A stretch of DNA of 64,000 bases from an uncultured delta proteobacterium (GCA_963733195.1 CAVTCR010000062.1:160001-224000), one strand, 5' to 3'. Shown: positions 32,497 through 43,485, counted from the stretch's first letter. Numbers and translations are program-made. Notes: generated by a model not told the origin, from the letters alone.

Positions 32497-32560
32497 GTAG
32501 GTTTTGGCACTGAATGAGTGCCCCGCAGGTTGTTCGGGTCAAACTAAAAGATTCTCGTGA

Positions 32561-33727
32561 TCAGTCGAGCTGAGCCTGCACCCCCTTCTCGCGAAGACGG
32601 TGCCGAAGCTGAGCCAAGTCCTTGCGATACCTGTCTTCCAGGGGAGACTGTTGCGTCTGTGAGGGTTCTTCAGTATGGTGTCGTTGCCAGCGGCAAAACG
32701 CCAATTCCGTCGCGGTGTGGTGCATTTGTCTCAGCACGAGCCAGGAGCGGAAGCCATGGTTCCTCAGCGCCCGCCATTCAGCTGTCAGGCGACTGCGGAT
32801 GGAAGACAGGCGAGCATACTCCTCTGACGTGAGGGAACCGAGCTGTACCTCGTCGCGCAACCCTGCAGTGACCACATTCGCCTCGCGGCGTAATGCGAGG
32901 ACGGTGATGACGAGCAGCGTAAGGCCGCCGGGACCGATGAACATTGCGACGATGAGAGGAATAGTCACAAAGAGTCCAATCTCATCCGGAGCCGGCTGGC
33001 ACGGCCCTCCTGAAATCTCCTGGTTGCAGAGCACTCCCATAATCATCTGGGAGGCAATAGCATTCCAGGCAATATGCTGCAAGATCGCACCGACCAAGCC
33101 GATCACTGGTGCGAGGAGCCGCATCTTTGCAGAAAGGGCTTCGCGAGCGTATCCGAACCCTGCCCCAGCAGCTGCGGTGAAGGCAGCATGGTTGAATCCG
33201 CCAAGGAAGGATCGCAGATAGATACTCTGCACGAGCCCGGACATTCCGCCCTGTACCGCAGCCAGCGTGAAGTAGCCGAGGTTTTCGGTCATGGCAAATC
33301 CCGTACCCACCAACGCCCCATAGACGATGCCATCAATGACATTGTCGAACTCTTCGTGCCAGAAGAGGAGAAGGATGAACAGAGCTATTGCCTTCGATAT
33401 TTCCTCGATGATGGGTGCAACAAGGACTGGCGTGAGAAGATGAGCCCTATCCGCACCTACAATGTCGATTACCCAGATATGAAAGAAATCGTTGACTGTG
33501 GAGGAGAGGAACGCGGCGATCACCGCGCCCCAGAAGAAGGCCACGAGCAGCAAGCGACCTGGCTCTCGTTCGTAGCGGTCGATAAGAACGAGCAATCCTG
33601 AATAGCAGACCGCGGGGACAAGAGCGGTGAGGAGGATGATCAGAGGCGTCCCCGTTATAAGCCGGACGAACCAGACGACGGGAATGAGAGCCAGAGCAAA
33701 AATACCAATGACGAACCCTCTTCTCAT
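32561..33727 (-). CDS. prsW: PrsW-family glutamic-type intramembrane protease
   Basis: DRYEREP, APIIEEISK, DGIVYG...GFAMTEN, HAAFT, H.AWN. Confidence 0.9.
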   Translation of the reverse strand: MRRGFVIGIFALALIPVVWFVRLITGTPLIILLTALVPAVCYSGLLVLIDRYEREPGRLLLVAFFWGAVIAAFLSSTVNDFFHIWVIDIVGADRAHLLTPVLVAPIIEEISKAIALFILLLFWHEEFDNVIDGIVYGALVGTGFAMTENLGYFTLAAVQGGMSGLVQSIYLRSFLGGFNHAAFTAAAGAGFGYAREALSAKMRLLAPVIGLVGAILQHIAWNAIASQMIMGVLCNQEISGGPCQPAPDEIGLFVTIPLIVAMFIGPGGLTLLVITVLALRREANVVTAGLRDEVQLGSLTSEEYARLSSIRSRLTAEWRALRNHGFRSWLVLRQMHHTATELAFCRWQRHHTEEPSQTQQSPLEDRYRKDLAQLRHRLREKGVQAQLD

Positions 33728-33884
33728 GCAAGAGCTGTAGCATTACCTGGCTAGCACTGCCCGGCTAGGCACCTAGCACGATGAGGGTATCGCTGTCGCC
33801 CGCGCAGCGCAGATATAGGAGGGAACCCATATCCGCGTCAAACCGCGACGCCATGATCCATAGCCAGCAGCAAATTTGCGTGCC

Positions 33885-34160
33885 TTAGAGCGTTCTGCGT
33901 CTGAAGAGATTCACGACTGCCAGGAGAATTACCGCTCCGACGAGCGAGATCAGCAACGCCGGAAAACTAAAGTTGCCCTGATTCAGGGTCCCGATGCCGA
34001 ACAGGGGGGAGAGCAACACCCCACCGAGAAAAGCCCCCACGATACCGACGACGATATTTAGCAAGACCCCTTGTTGCGCGTTGGTCCCCATGATCATACT
34101 TGCGATCCAGCCGATCAATCCGCCCACGATGAGCCAGACGATGAGACTTGTGAGATCCAT
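33885..34160 (-). CDS. GlsB/YeaQ/YmgE stress-response membrane protein
   Basis: WLIVGGLIGWIAS, NIVVGIVGAFLGG, SLVGAVILL. Confidence 0.92.
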   Translation of the reverse strand: MDLTSLIVWLIVGGLIGWIASMIMGTNAQQGVLLNIVVGIVGAFLGGVLLSPLFGIGTLNQGNFSFPALLISLVGAVILLAVVNLFRRRTL

Positions 34161-34258
34161 AAGATACCTCCTTCTATAAATTCTGTGACCGCAGGAAGGA
34201 ATCGGGCCCGCCGAGCGTATCCGATTCTCTTCTCTTGGTTGAATGGGGTGAACCAGCC

Positions 34259-34512
34259 TTACGAGTCCAACGGGATGCGGATCTTTTGTCCGGGGAAGAT
34301 CCGGTCTACATCCTTGATCACTTCCCGGTTTGCCTCGAAGATTCTCGGATACTTGTTGGCATCGCCATAGTACTGCTTGGCAATCTTAGAGAGTGTGTCC
34401 CCCTTTCGGATGAGGTAGTACTCAACCTTTTCCTGCTCCGGCGGATGCTGCAGGCTGGCGACATCGATTTGGCCTACCCCTGGATGTTCCCTGCCATCAG
34501 CACGGCCTTCTG
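34259..34512 (-). pseudogene. Kbp/YgaU-like BON-LysM protein, 5'-truncated (not in the ORF track)
   Basis: Manual translation KAVLMAGNIQG...[50 protein letters not shown]. Confidence 0.8.
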
Positions 34513-34603
34513 CCTCCTCCTTACAGATACGAAAAAGTCTTGCAGAACGTTCCCTGGCTCAAATTGGCGAATGAGGGCTTCCCATGTCCGTTACCTGGCA
34601 GAG

Positions 34604-34673
34604 AGCATACTACTGGTTACAGTTCAAAGATAGGTGGACGGTTCAGGTTAGCGTTCAGATTTCGGTTCAGATT
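34604..34673 (-). promoter_or_regulatory. Conserved 70-bp promoter/operator, copy B (kbp-glsB-prsW)
   Basis: Boxes at 34622, 34641, 34653, 34665; minus-strand TATGCT 12 bp from the proximal box. Confidence 0.8.
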
Positions 34674-34926
34674 GGGGACGTCGGATATGCTCAGAACGAT
34701 GCGTGGCGGGACTATAGCTTGTAAATCCGAGCATTATCGGAACAACCGTGCCGATCTGTTTGCGTCGCGTGAGACGAGTGCACTGAGCGATCCGACTGTG
34801 TGTAGAAGCAGCTGGGGAGTGTCGGGACGGATCTCATACGGGACGTAAAGTGACACAAAAGGGCAGTTCCAGGATTTGAGCGTGGCCGCTTGTGAATCAC
34901 TGTGATTCTCTCTCCTGGGCTCACTG

Positions 34927-36876
34927 TTAGGTCCCCTCCTGTAGGCGCGACTCGGCTGTCAGGTGCAGGAACAAGATGCGGCGCACTTCGTTGATGGTGT
35001 GCGGGTTGGCCTGACACGAGTGTCCGGAGCGGACTACCAATTCGGAATCCACATCGTCGAGATGGGCGCTCGAGTACTCCACGATGCCGTCGTTGCCGTT
35101 TTCCACCGGGCCGTTGCCTTCCACAGCAATGATCGAATGTGTGGCGACACCTGGGGTCACTGAGATCGATGCGAGGGTGCGGATGAAGCGCGTCCCTGGC
35201 GTCATGTTGTGGACGGCAGTCGGTATAACCCCCATGGCCGTGAACGCTAGCGCTTCCTTGTTCCGTAGCACCAAGTCGTTGACGCCGTGCACGACGTCGA
35301 GGGGGGCAGTGATAAAGCGAGCAGCCCAGTGACTGAGACGGCTCCCAGCGAAGTAACTCCCACGCTGCGGTGTGGCGATGAATATCAGACGCCGGACGAA
35401 AGGAAGCGGGTGCACGAATGACAAGCGGCGGAGGAGGTCCCGACTCGCCTCCGTCAGGGCGAGTTTCTCCAGCGGCGTTTTGCTGAAGTGGTCCCAGAAA
35501 TGGGTGCCGCTGTCGATGGCGGCCAGCTTGGCCAGCAGCCCGCCTTGGCTGTGCCCGATCACCACCATTTTGCGCAGCGCCGGGTCTTGATGCTCGGGGT
35601 CGAGCCGTTCGAGCGCGGCACTGAGGGATTCGCGTAGCAGCATCGCCGAGTAGAGGACCGGGTTCCCGGTGTTGTAACTGAACAGCCAAAACTGGAAGTG
35701 CTCGCTGATCCGCGGGTCGTTATCGATCTCGTTTACCATCTCAGCCCAGCGGCCCGCGCTCGACCCCGTCCCGTGGACCAGGACGACCGGCATGCGACCC
35801 GGCTTATACGGGCTGAGTGCTGCCAGGCGGCTCTTCTCGTCGATCACCCCAGCACCCTGCAAGAAGCCCTTCAACTCTTGCTGCCAGACCGGGGCTTCAG
35901 CCAGCGTATAGGCCAGCGCCGCCGTCGATTCGACCTCAAGCGGAACGATTCTATCGTCGATCGTGACTGAGCTAGGACCGTACGAGGTATCAAGCTGCAG
36001 GGACGCACGTACACGACCTACCGCCAACTGCTTCCTGGGGTCAGCGATACGCAGGAGTGCGGTCACTGGGACCTTCGCCCAGGGCTGGACGAAGTCCTGA
36101 AAGCCCGCTTTGGGATCAAGCGGGACCGTCCCGGCAGCCAGGGGCGCACCAACACCCGGCCAGCGATAGCGGGTTATCAGCCCAGTCACTTGCAGTTCCG
36201 CCACCGGCACGAAATCAGTGAGCTGGCGGCTCCCCCAGCGCAGGCTCGCCGGGTCGAACTCTACGTCGAGCGCCCCGAAGGGCAGAGCGAACGTTCCCCC
36301 GCGCAGCTCGACTACAGCACCATCTTGCGATTTGAACCCCTCGGTGATCCCCCGGTTGTAGAGGTCAGCGGCTAGCCGCAGCCGCGGGTCGAAGGGGTCC
36401 GGCAAACGGTGGCCCTCACCCGGAAAAAGGAACGTATAGGCGTACACCACGGCTGCCAGGTAGTAAGGGCGTTTCCCGGTGTTTTCAGCGTAGAAGAAGG
36501 AGAGTTCTGCGAGCGCGCAGATATCGTCTCTCCCACCCCGGTCGGCGGCGACCTCGGCGTGGAGGTCAGCCAGCGTCGCCTCGGGCGTATCCTCAAAGCG
36601 TGCGAAAAGATCTCGCCGATAGAGTACGTTCTGGGTTGGATTACTCAGCGTATTAGCCGAGAGGATGCTGGCGGTCAGCGTGTGGTGCACGGCGCGCGGG
36701 TCGATCCGTTTCACCCCGACCGGGGTCGAGCAGGCGCTCGCAATCAGGAAAAGGCAGATGAACAACACCAGGCGGTGGTAGCGACTGTACGCCTCAGCTT
36801 TCGTTGTTTCTAGAGAACACGACAAGGGCGTGCCGCGCCAACTGGATGTTCTCAAGTCACTCCGTTGGTGTACCAT
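34927..36876 (-). CDS. Alpha/beta-hydrolase (lipase/esterase-like) lipoprotein, paralog 1
   Basis: Lipobox IASAC; VHGTGSS, GHSQGG, NDGIV, SGHS (Ser-Asp-His triad). Confidence 0.85.
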   Translation of the reverse strand: MVHQRSDLRTSSWRGTPLSCSLETTKAEAYSRYHRLVLFICLFLIASACSTPVGVKRIDPRAVHHTLTASILSANTLSNPTQNVLYRRDLFARFEDTPEATLADLHAEVAADRGGRDDICALAELSFFYAENTGKRPYYLAAVVYAYTFLFPGEGHRLPDPFDPRLRLAADLYNRGITEGFKSQDGAVVELRGGTFALPFGALDVEFDPASLRWGSRQLTDFVPVAELQVTGLITRYRWPGVGAPLAAGTVPLDPKAGFQDFVQPWAKVPVTALLRIADPRKQLAVGRVRASLQLDTSYGPSSVTIDDRIVPLEVESTAALAYTLAEAPVWQQELKGFLQGAGVIDEKSRLAALSPYKPGRMPVVLVHGTGSSAGRWAEMVNEIDNDPRISEHFQFWLFSYNTGNPVLYSAMLLRESLSAALERLDPEHQDPALRKMVVIGHSQGGLLAKLAAIDSGTHFWDHFSKTPLEKLALTEASRDLLRRLSFVHPLPFVRRLIFIATPQRGSYFAGSRLSHWAARFITAPLDVVHGVNDLVLRNKEALAFTAMGVIPTAVHNMTPGTRFIRTLASISVTPGVATHSIIAVEGNGPVENGNDGIVEYSSAHLDDVDSELVVRSGHSCQANPHTINEVRRILFLHLTAESRLQEGT

Positions 36877-37058
36877 GGAGATCTTCTCCGACTATCCAGA
36901 GCTGAAAGAAGTCGTTGACGTGAATGATGACCCGTCTCTCCATCCAAGAGAATGGAGACAAAGGAGGGAGATACGGTGAGGAGCAAAAAGCTGGGGCGAG
37001 GCAAGGTAAACACAACTGCGAGTTGTTTCAGAGGTGGTCTTAAAAGTCAGGGAAGTTA

Positions 37059-37167
37059 GTCATTGCGATTGGAACGAAGCACTCATTGCCCGCAAAAGAG
37101 ATTGCTTCGTCGCGAAGCCTGTCCTGAGCGATAGCGCAGCGAAATCGAAAGGGCTCCTCGCAATGAC
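37059..37167. repeat. GTCATTGCG...CGCAATGAC-type REP/palindromic element
   Basis: Terminal inverted GTCATTGCG/CGCAATGAC with internal GAAGCA...TGCTTC. Confidence 0.75.
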
Positions 37168-37222
37168 AGCTCCCACCCATGTTTACGAAACGCTCTAGCC
37201 ATGTGTTAGCGTCGCCTGTCAG

Positions 37223-37699
37223 TTACCCTTTCACCTCGAACTCCTTTGTCCCGGTCGAGCGTCCGTTTAAGGAAACCTCCACTTTATAAGTTCCAGCGGG
37301 CCAGCCATCTGGCTTTGAGATATGGAACTCCGTTGCCGCAGGGCCAGTCGGCGCAATGGTCTGAGTGGACTCATTCACCACCTGCCCGTCTTGGTAGGTC
37401 CACTTCGCTGTCAGCGTAGCGCTCGGGGCTGAGCCGTTAGTGACAACTGTCGCGTAAATCGTATCTTTGGGTGCAAATGAAGTTATCTGTTGCTTCACCC
37501 GTTTGTCGGCCCCGATTTGATTCCCGAGTTCAACTGTGGTGACTGTCACAGCAGGTGCAGCGGGCGGAGGAGTCATGGGTGCAGCCGGCGGAGGGGCAGT
37601 GGCTCGCGGAGCCGGTGGCGGCTCAGACTTCCCACAAGCTGCAAAAATCAAGGCTAAGCATAATCCTAACAAGAAAACTGTCTGTCTTGAGTAGCGCAT
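37223..37699 (-). CDS. Pro-rich lipoprotein with Ig-like C-terminal domain
   Basis: Lipobox FAAC, Pro/Ala linker, FHISKPDGWPAGTYKVEV. Confidence 0.75.
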   Translation of the reverse strand: MRYSRQTVFLLGLCLALIFAACGKSEPPPAPRATAPPPAAPMTPPPAAPAVTVTTVELGNQIGADKRVKQQITSFAPKDTIYATVVTNGSAPSATLTAKWTYQDGQVVNESTQTIAPTGPAATEFHISKPDGWPAGTYKVEVSLNGRSTGTKEFEVKG

Positions 37700-37721
37700 C
37701 GCTCACCTCCCCTTTTTTGTC

Positions 37722-37988
37722 TTACGCCTCTGGAATTTTGAGTACCTGTCCCGGACGGATCACATCCGGATTCTTGAGGATGTCGGTATTCGCTTCATAG
37801 ATCTTCCGCCACTTGTTCGCGTTGCCGTACAGACTCTTGGCGATCTTCGACAGAGTGTCTCCTTTGGCGACCGTATATGTGCGGGCCGCACTCTTTGCCG
37901 GGGCGGGGCTCGGTGCAGGGCTCGGCGCGGTGGACGAGCCTCCACTCTGCACATTGGAAAAATCTGGTTTGGGTTTATTGTCCGCCAT
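37722..37988 (-). CDS. Small LysM-domain protein
   Basis: [14 protein letters not shown]...IYEAN...[14 protein letters not shown]. Confidence 0.92.
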   Translation of the reverse strand: MADNKPKPDFSNVQSGGSSTAPSPAPSPAPAKSAARTYTVAKGDTLSKIAKSLYGNANKWRKIYEANTDILKNPDVIRPGQVLKIPEA

Positions 37989-38131
37989 AGGATTCCTCCT
38001 TTCTCACAGTTATTGAACAAACATTTCCACGAGCAGCCAGCCGTTCTCTCTTACCTGTCCGGGCTCTTTACACGACCGTCGCCCTCAGGTGTTCTTATAT
38101 ACCTTCCTGTCCTACATTCAACAGTGTTGCC

Positions 38132-39091
38132 TTAGCTCTTCACCCGCACGATACAGCGGAACCCGAGGTGACACGTCGAGGTGTCGATCGGCTGGGACAT
38201 GCGCGCCGCCGGTCGGTACCTCTGACAGTAGTTCGGCGCACACAGGTATGAGCCCCCCTTCATCACCTTGCGTGGGATCCGAATGTCGGGCATCCGCGGA
38301 TCATAGCTCTGCTCCCGCTCCCCGCCCGTGGGGTTGATACTTCCGCAACACGAGTGCGAGATCTGGCTGTGCTCTTGGTACCAGTCTGTGGTCCACTCCC
38401 ACACGTTGCCCGCCATGTCATACAGCCCGTAGCCGTTGGGCGGGAACGAGCCCACCGGCGCCGTCCACTCGTATCCGTCGGTCAGCAGGTTCTGGACAGG
38501 GAACTCGCCCTGCCAGGTGTTGGCCATTGACTTCCCACTGGGAGTGAACTCATTCCCCCAGACGAACTCCGCACCGTCCAGCCCTCCACGTGCGGCGCAC
38601 TCCCACTCAGCCTCGGTCGGCAACTCTTTCCCCGCCCACTTTGCGTAGGCTTCCACGTCCTCGTACGCAACATGCACGACAGGGTGATTGGCACGGCCTT
38701 TTAATGTACTGACCGGTCCTTGCGGGTGGCGCCAGTTGGCGCCGGCCACGTACGTCCACCAGGTGTAGGGGTTGCGCAGGTCGACGGACTGACGAGGTTT
38801 TTGGAACACGACCGAGGAGGGCACGAGCATCTCAGGCTTGGCGCCCGGATAGTCCGCCGCGTTCGGCACACGCTCGGCGAGCGTCACATGACCAGTCGCC
38901 TGGACGAAACGGCGGAACTGGTCGTTGGTCACCGTGTACTTGTCCATCCAGAAGCCACCGACAGTTACTGTATGTGCAGGTGCCTCCTCTGGATAATGGT
39001 GATCAGAGCCCATCAGGAAGGTGCCACCGGGAATCCACACCATACCTTCAAACGGCGGCTTACCGAGATCAATTGCCGCTTCCGTTGCCAT
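38132..39091 (-). CDS. Formylglycine-generating enzyme (SUMF1/FGE)
   Basis: FLMGS, LPTEAEWE.AARGG, GLYDMAGNVWEW, GSYLCAPNYC.RYR (catalytic Cys pair), GFRC. Confidence 0.93.
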   Translation of the reverse strand: MATEAAIDLGKPPFEGMVWIPGGTFLMGSDHHYPEEAPAHTVTVGGFWMDKYTVTNDQFRRFVQATGHVTLAERVPNAADYPGAKPEMLVPSSVVFQKPRQSVDLRNPYTWWTYVAGANWRHPQGPVSTLKGRANHPVVHVAYEDVEAYAKWAGKELPTEAEWECAARGGLDGAEFVWGNEFTPSGKSMANTWQGEFPVQNLLTDGYEWTAPVGSFPPNGYGLYDMAGNVWEWTTDWYQEHSQISHSCCGSINPTGGEREQSYDPRMPDIRIPRKVMKGGSYLCAPNYCQRYRPAARMSQPIDTSTCHLGFRCIVRVKS

Positions 39092-39132
39092 AATTGCTAC
39101 CTCCTATCCAACTGCGATGTCTCGCGCACGGG

Positions 39133-39954
39133 TCATTTCTTCGGGAAGAGGAATGTCACGACTACCCGAACGCCCCACTCCGGCCCGCCATCCGGGACTT
39201 CAGGGTAGTACCTGCCCCCCATGCCCAATTGCACCGGCTGTGTCCCCACCCGCAGCACTTGGCTCACGATCCCGTTGACCGGCACCGTCCCCTGCTCGTG
39301 CCGCCAGTCGTACGTCGTCTCAGTGTTGGCAGTCAACGAGAGCCCCTTCTTAAATGTGTACGACAGAAACGGCTGCATGAACGTCGAGTTCACGTTCTCC
39401 CTGCGACTGGTGCCGGCGAGCGACCAGATGTGGTTGGCGAGGATGCCATACGTCCACGGGCCGGACTGCTTCAGCAAGACCGCTGTCGGCCCCAGCCCAA
39501 ACTTCTCGGCCCCCAACAGTTCATCGGTCGCTGTGGGCAGGAAGAAGGCCGGACCGATACCCCAAATGACTCCGCCCGGGCCGGGTGCCTTGGGGGAGAA
39601 GAACTGGCTCGCGAGGATGTCACCTAGGCCGAGCTGGTTGCCCGAGCCGGGAAAGATCTCATCCTGCTGGATGACCGGGACGATGGTGCGAGTGATGAGG
39701 TTCCAGTCGGCGTTGAGCGTGAACGGGATCACCGGCTGTACGTTGAGGGTGTAGCGGAACCCGTCACCACGGTGGCCGAGGTGGGCGTCGTAGTTGTTCT
39801 GAAGCGGCACGCTGATGAGGCTGGCCACTGGGTTCTGTAGCTGTTTGGCCAGGTCTTCCTCACTATGCTGTGCATGCGCCTGACCGCTGAACAGAAAACT
39901 TCCTACGGTCGCACCCAGCAACGTCACAACCAGTCCCGTAATGTAGTCACGCAT
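39133..39954 (-). CDS. Putative outer-membrane beta-barrel transporter
   Basis: Signal peptide, LAKQLQNPVASLISVP, QPVIPF, GLGD, GPAFFLPTAT, terminal TFLFPK. Confidence 0.75.
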   Translation of the reverse strand: MRDYITGLVVTLLGATVGSFLFSGQAHAQHSEEDLAKQLQNPVASLISVPLQNNYDAHLGHRGDGFRYTLNVQPVIPFTLNADWNLITRTIVPVIQQDEIFPGSGNQLGLGDILASQFFSPKAPGPGGVIWGIGPAFFLPTATDELLGAEKFGLGPTAVLLKQSGPWTYGILANHIWSLAGTSRRENVNSTFMQPFLSYTFKKGLSLTANTETTYDWRHEQGTVPVNGIVSQVLRVGTQPVQLGMGGRYYPEVPDGGPEWGVRVVVTFLFPKK

Positions 39955-40203
39955 GTAGTCACTCCTTGATTTCTTCCGTCTATCAAAAACTACTCAACCA
40001 GCGCGGCGAAGTCCGGCCTCCCAACCGCTGCTGCGAAGGTCGGGAGGCAAGTACTTCCGAATAATATCCATGATGTCAGGACACATTCACTCAGGGGCGA
40101 GTAGCTACGAGTGCAAACTCGTGCGAGTCTTGGATTATGATACCCCAAGACTCTTGGACTACTCGCCTCAAGGACTATATCGTGAAAGTACTCCCTTGGG
40201 CAC

Positions 40204-41023
40204 ATGGGCATCAACGCAAAGGGATTACGACCTTTGTGAACGCAATCATTGAGAAAACAAACCCGGCAACCAAGCCGAGCTAGCACGCAGCTTGGGCAAT
40301 CAAGAGGCGGCGCTCAAACGCCTGTCGCGCTTGCTGCATAACGAGCGGCTGGCTCCCCAGCGCCTGGCGGATGCGGTGTTGGCGCAGGCGCTGCGACAGT
40401 TGCCGCCACAGGGAAAATTGCGCTTGGCCGTGGACTGGACGAATGAAGGGACGCAGCATTTGCTGGTGGTCTCACTGGTTACTGGGGGCCGCGCAGATGC
40501 CGCTCTATTGGCGCGCCTACGAACGCCATGGTCTTGAAAGGGCGCATGCGTGGCTATGAGACAGCGGTCATCCGCCGCGCAATCACGTGGATGCAACGGG
40601 CAATTGGACGACCGCCGCTTGATCGTGACGGCCGACCGGGGCTTTGCCGATGTGGCGCTGGTAGACGTACTGAAGGAGCTGGGCGTAGAGTTCATTATTC
40701 GGGTCAAAGGGCGCACCAAAGTCTCTTGTCAGGAGCACTGGTGCAACCTCCACACCCTGCGCTTTGTGGGCAATGCGCGCCAGCGCAACCTGGGACGCCT
40801 GGCCTATTGTGAGAGTGCCCCGCATCGCTTGTGGCTGACGATAGAGTCGTACGCGAGACCGCTATGGGCAGTGGGACACGTGGTACTTGATTGCCAATCG
40901 CTGCCGCCGGGCCCAAGCCACGGCCGCAGAGTATGCGCGTCGGTTTGGCTGTGAGGAAGGGTTTCGCGATGCCAAATGGGAACTGGGCTTTGTACAAGCG
41001 CGGATCACGCAGATCCAAGCGTG
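40204..41023 (+). mobile_element. IS4/IS5-clan DDE transposase remnant, frameshifted and 3'-truncated
   Basis: LAVDWT, VTADRGFAD, FIIRVKG, YARRFGCEEGFRDAK spread over several frames; abuts the sulfatase fragment. Confidence 0.8.
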
Positions 41024-41503
41024 GTTTTCGCGGAAGTGAGGGAATTGCTCCTTCTTCGGATAGTTGTACATCTCTGGCTCTTCCTCGGCATGGAGGTGGT
41101 AGAGGTTGCGAAGAACTCGTCGAAGCCGTGATTGGTGGGCAACATGTGGTTTAGGTCGCCGAGGTGGTTCTTGCCGAACTGCCCGGTGGCGTAGCCCTGC
41201 TCTTTGAGCAGCGCCGCGATGGTGACGATCTTCTCCGACATGCCGACCGGGGCGGCGGGATACCGACCTTGGACAGCCCGGTGCGATAGACGCTCTGCCC
41301 AGTGATGAAGGACGAGCGCCCGGCGGTGCAGGACTGCTCACCGTAGCTGTCGGTGAAGCAACATGCCTTCCTTGGCGATGCTGTGCGATGTTCGGCGTTC
41401 GATACCTGATCAACCCGTGCGAGTAGCAGCTCAGATTCGATTGACCGATGTCATCGCCCCAGATAACGAGGATGTTCGGCTTCTTTTGCGTTTGCTCTGT
41501 CAT
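41020..41503 (-). pseudogene. Arylsulfatase, N-terminal third only
   Basis: KPNILVIWGDDIG, YGEQSCTAGR (Cys-type FGly motif), GYATGQFGKNHLGD, HGFDEF, NLYHL; truncated at the IS remnant. Confidence 0.88.
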
Positions 41504-41800
41504 TGTATTTCCTCCTAAAAATGTGTTCATTTGATTGACCAAGGAGAGGGGAAGGATCGACGTGTGTGAATCCCCCGTGGTCTGGATGATATCCCTTGAA
41601 CGAGGTCATGATGCTGTGAGATAGGTCGGGTGGCGGATCTCGGTTAGACATTTTGGCACTCTACTCCCGCAGTAAAATACTCGCCTGAACTCCGAATCGT
41701 ATGAGATGTGCGGCATCCATCTCTCAGGCTTCTTTATGCCACAATGCAGCGGAAGCCGACGTGCGTGACGCTCTCAATTGCCATGCTCAAGTTGAGGAGT

Positions 41801-41870
41801 ATAATACGTTTGGATATGGTTCGGGGGTAGAGCAATAGTTGAGGGTATCGTTCAGATTTCGGTTCAGATT
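41801..41870 (-). promoter_or_regulatory. Conserved 70-bp promoter/operator, copy C (sulfatase-barrel-FGE unit)
   Basis: Boxes at 41819, 41838, 41850, 41862; minus-strand CG-TATTAT at 12 bp. Confidence 0.8.
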
Positions 41871-41988
41871 AGACAGGAGTATTACGACGACTTGTGTATA
41901 CTGGTAACAAAAGATAAAGAGCAGAAGGAAGGAGAGGCTGGAAGCTGGAGACCAGCCGCGCTTCCTCTCAAGTTTCAGGAGAGGCGAC

Positions 41989-42741
41989 ATGATCGAGCTT
42001 AAGGCGATCCAAGAAGGGTTGGCCAAGGGTGAATTCTTTCTCGAGTACCAACCCATCTGCTCCCTCAAGAGCAACCACTGTGTCGGGGCGGAAGCTCTGA
42101 GCCGTTGGCGGCGTGGTCCCACTGTGCTTCCCCCTGGTGAGTTCATCCCCTGCATCGAAAACACCCCCCTGTCCGGGCTGCTGACTTACTGGGTCATCGA
42201 GACAGTGGGACGGGAGCTGGGGAACTGGCTCCGCGCCCATGCTGGCGTTCACGTCAGCATCAACGTACCCCCGGAAATACTGGGACGTGGGGGATTGGCC
42301 TACGCGGCGACCAAGGCGGGTTTGATGGACGTAGCGCACAAGATCGTCCTTGAAGTCACTGAGAGGGGGGTGCCCGACAAGCTGGGGATCCAGGCGCTTA
42401 ACTTCGCCGGACGCTATGGGACACAGGTCGCATTAGACGACTTTGGCTTAGAGGACGAGAACCTCGCGGTTCTCTCCCGCGCCCACATAGACATCATCAA
42501 GGTCGACAAGCTCCTGGTAGATCAACTCGGCGATGAGCCCGGGCTGCCGCCATGGCTAGAGGCGCTGTCGGCCTTATTGCGAGTGACGCCGCTCCAGGTC
42601 ATCGTCGAGGGGGTGGAGAGGGAGGTACAGGTCGAAAAGCTCAAGGAAGCCGGGATTGAGTTGGCCCAGGGGCTGTATTTCTCACCTCCGTTAGCGATCA
42701 AGGCCTTTGAGACGTTTGCTCGCAACCGGCAGCAACATTGA
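41989..42741 (+). CDS. Stand-alone EAL-domain c-di-GMP phosphodiesterase
   Basis: YQPI, GAEALSRW, SINV, LEVTE, LDDFG, IKVD, EGVE, QGLYFS. Confidence 0.9.
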   Translation: MIELKAIQEGLAKGEFFLEYQPICSLKSNHCVGAEALSRWRRGPTVLPPGEFIPCIENTPLSGLLTYWVIETVGRELGNWLRAHAGVHVSINVPPEILGRGGLAYAATKAGLMDVAHKIVLEVTERGVPDKLGIQALNFAGRYGTQVALDDFGLEDENLAVLSRAHIDIIKVDKLLVDQLGDEPGLPPWLEALSALLRVTPLQVIVEGVEREVQVEKLKEAGIELAQGLYFSPPLAIKAFETFARNRQQH

Positions 42742-42825
42742 GGCGCGCATCATTCATCCTTCCTTACTTCTCACATGCGTTGGACAGGATAATTTTCTCG
42801 AAGGCAGTCTGCATGGTCCCCACCC

Positions 42826-43485
42826 TCACCACGTATAGTGGAGGCCGAGGCCAAGATAGTCGACTTGCTGCCGAGACCCCGGAACGGTGCTCTGAGAGTT
42901 CCCCACAAAACCTTCGAGCATGAGCGACAGGGAGCGGTCCGGAGCATGGGTCTCGTTCCACCGCAACCCCGCACGCAGGGAGAAGTCGGTACTCCAGTCG
43001 TAGTCTTTATGAGACGTAAACTCGGCCGCGCCGATCGGTTGGATGGTGTGATCGAGGAGCAGCCAGGGGCTCGCGAAATCCAGCCCGAACTTCGCCGCCC
43101 GTGGTTTGAGAGAGCCAGGTTCCAAAGCTGAGAGAAACCACCCACCACCATAGAGCGAGACCATATCCGTCAGCCGGTACAAAAGGGTGACATCCAAGCT
43201 CTCCGCACGAGGATGGATACGAGCGATACGGTCATAGAGCACATCATTCAGCGGAGAGGGGGAGGCAGGCGAAGCGCTAGACCCCGGCAGTAAGGAGCCG
43301 TTTCTCTCCCACCACGCGGCGGTGTTCACCTGCACCTCGCGGGCGAACACGGCGGTCGTGTACCCGGTGCTGTACACATCATCTGCAGCCCTGGCGCCCG
43401 GTAGGGGAAACAGGCAGACAGCACTGATAGCACTGAGAAGGAGCACGCTCAGTCCTCTAAGAAGTTTGTTCTTCATCAGAGTCAT
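42826..43485 (-). CDS. Exported DUF1207-like beta-barrel protein, probably shortened
   Basis: Signal peptide, LYGGG, FSLRAGL, terminal YLGLGLHYTW. Confidence 0.5.
   Translation of the reverse strand: MTLMKNKLLRGLSVLLLSAISAVCLFPLPGARAADDVYSTGYTTAVFAREVQVNTAAWWERNGSLLPGSSASPASPSPLNDVLYDRIARIHPRAESLDVTLLYRLTDMVSLYGGGWFLSALEPGSLKPRAAKFGLDFASPWLLLDHTIQPIGAAEFTSHKDYDWSTDFSLRAGLRWNETHAPDRSLSLMLEGFVGNSQSTVPGSRQQVDYLGLGLHYTW

Noticed and set aside
33726-33743. TGCTACAGCTCTTGCA resembling the second sigma-54 promoter
   Set aside because: Lacks the invariant GG at -24 and overlaps the prsW start codon; likely coincidence
41685-41706. CTGAAC...CGTATGAG on the plus strand upstream of the EAL gene
   Set aside because: Single box with the wrong spacing; cannot be counted as an operator copy
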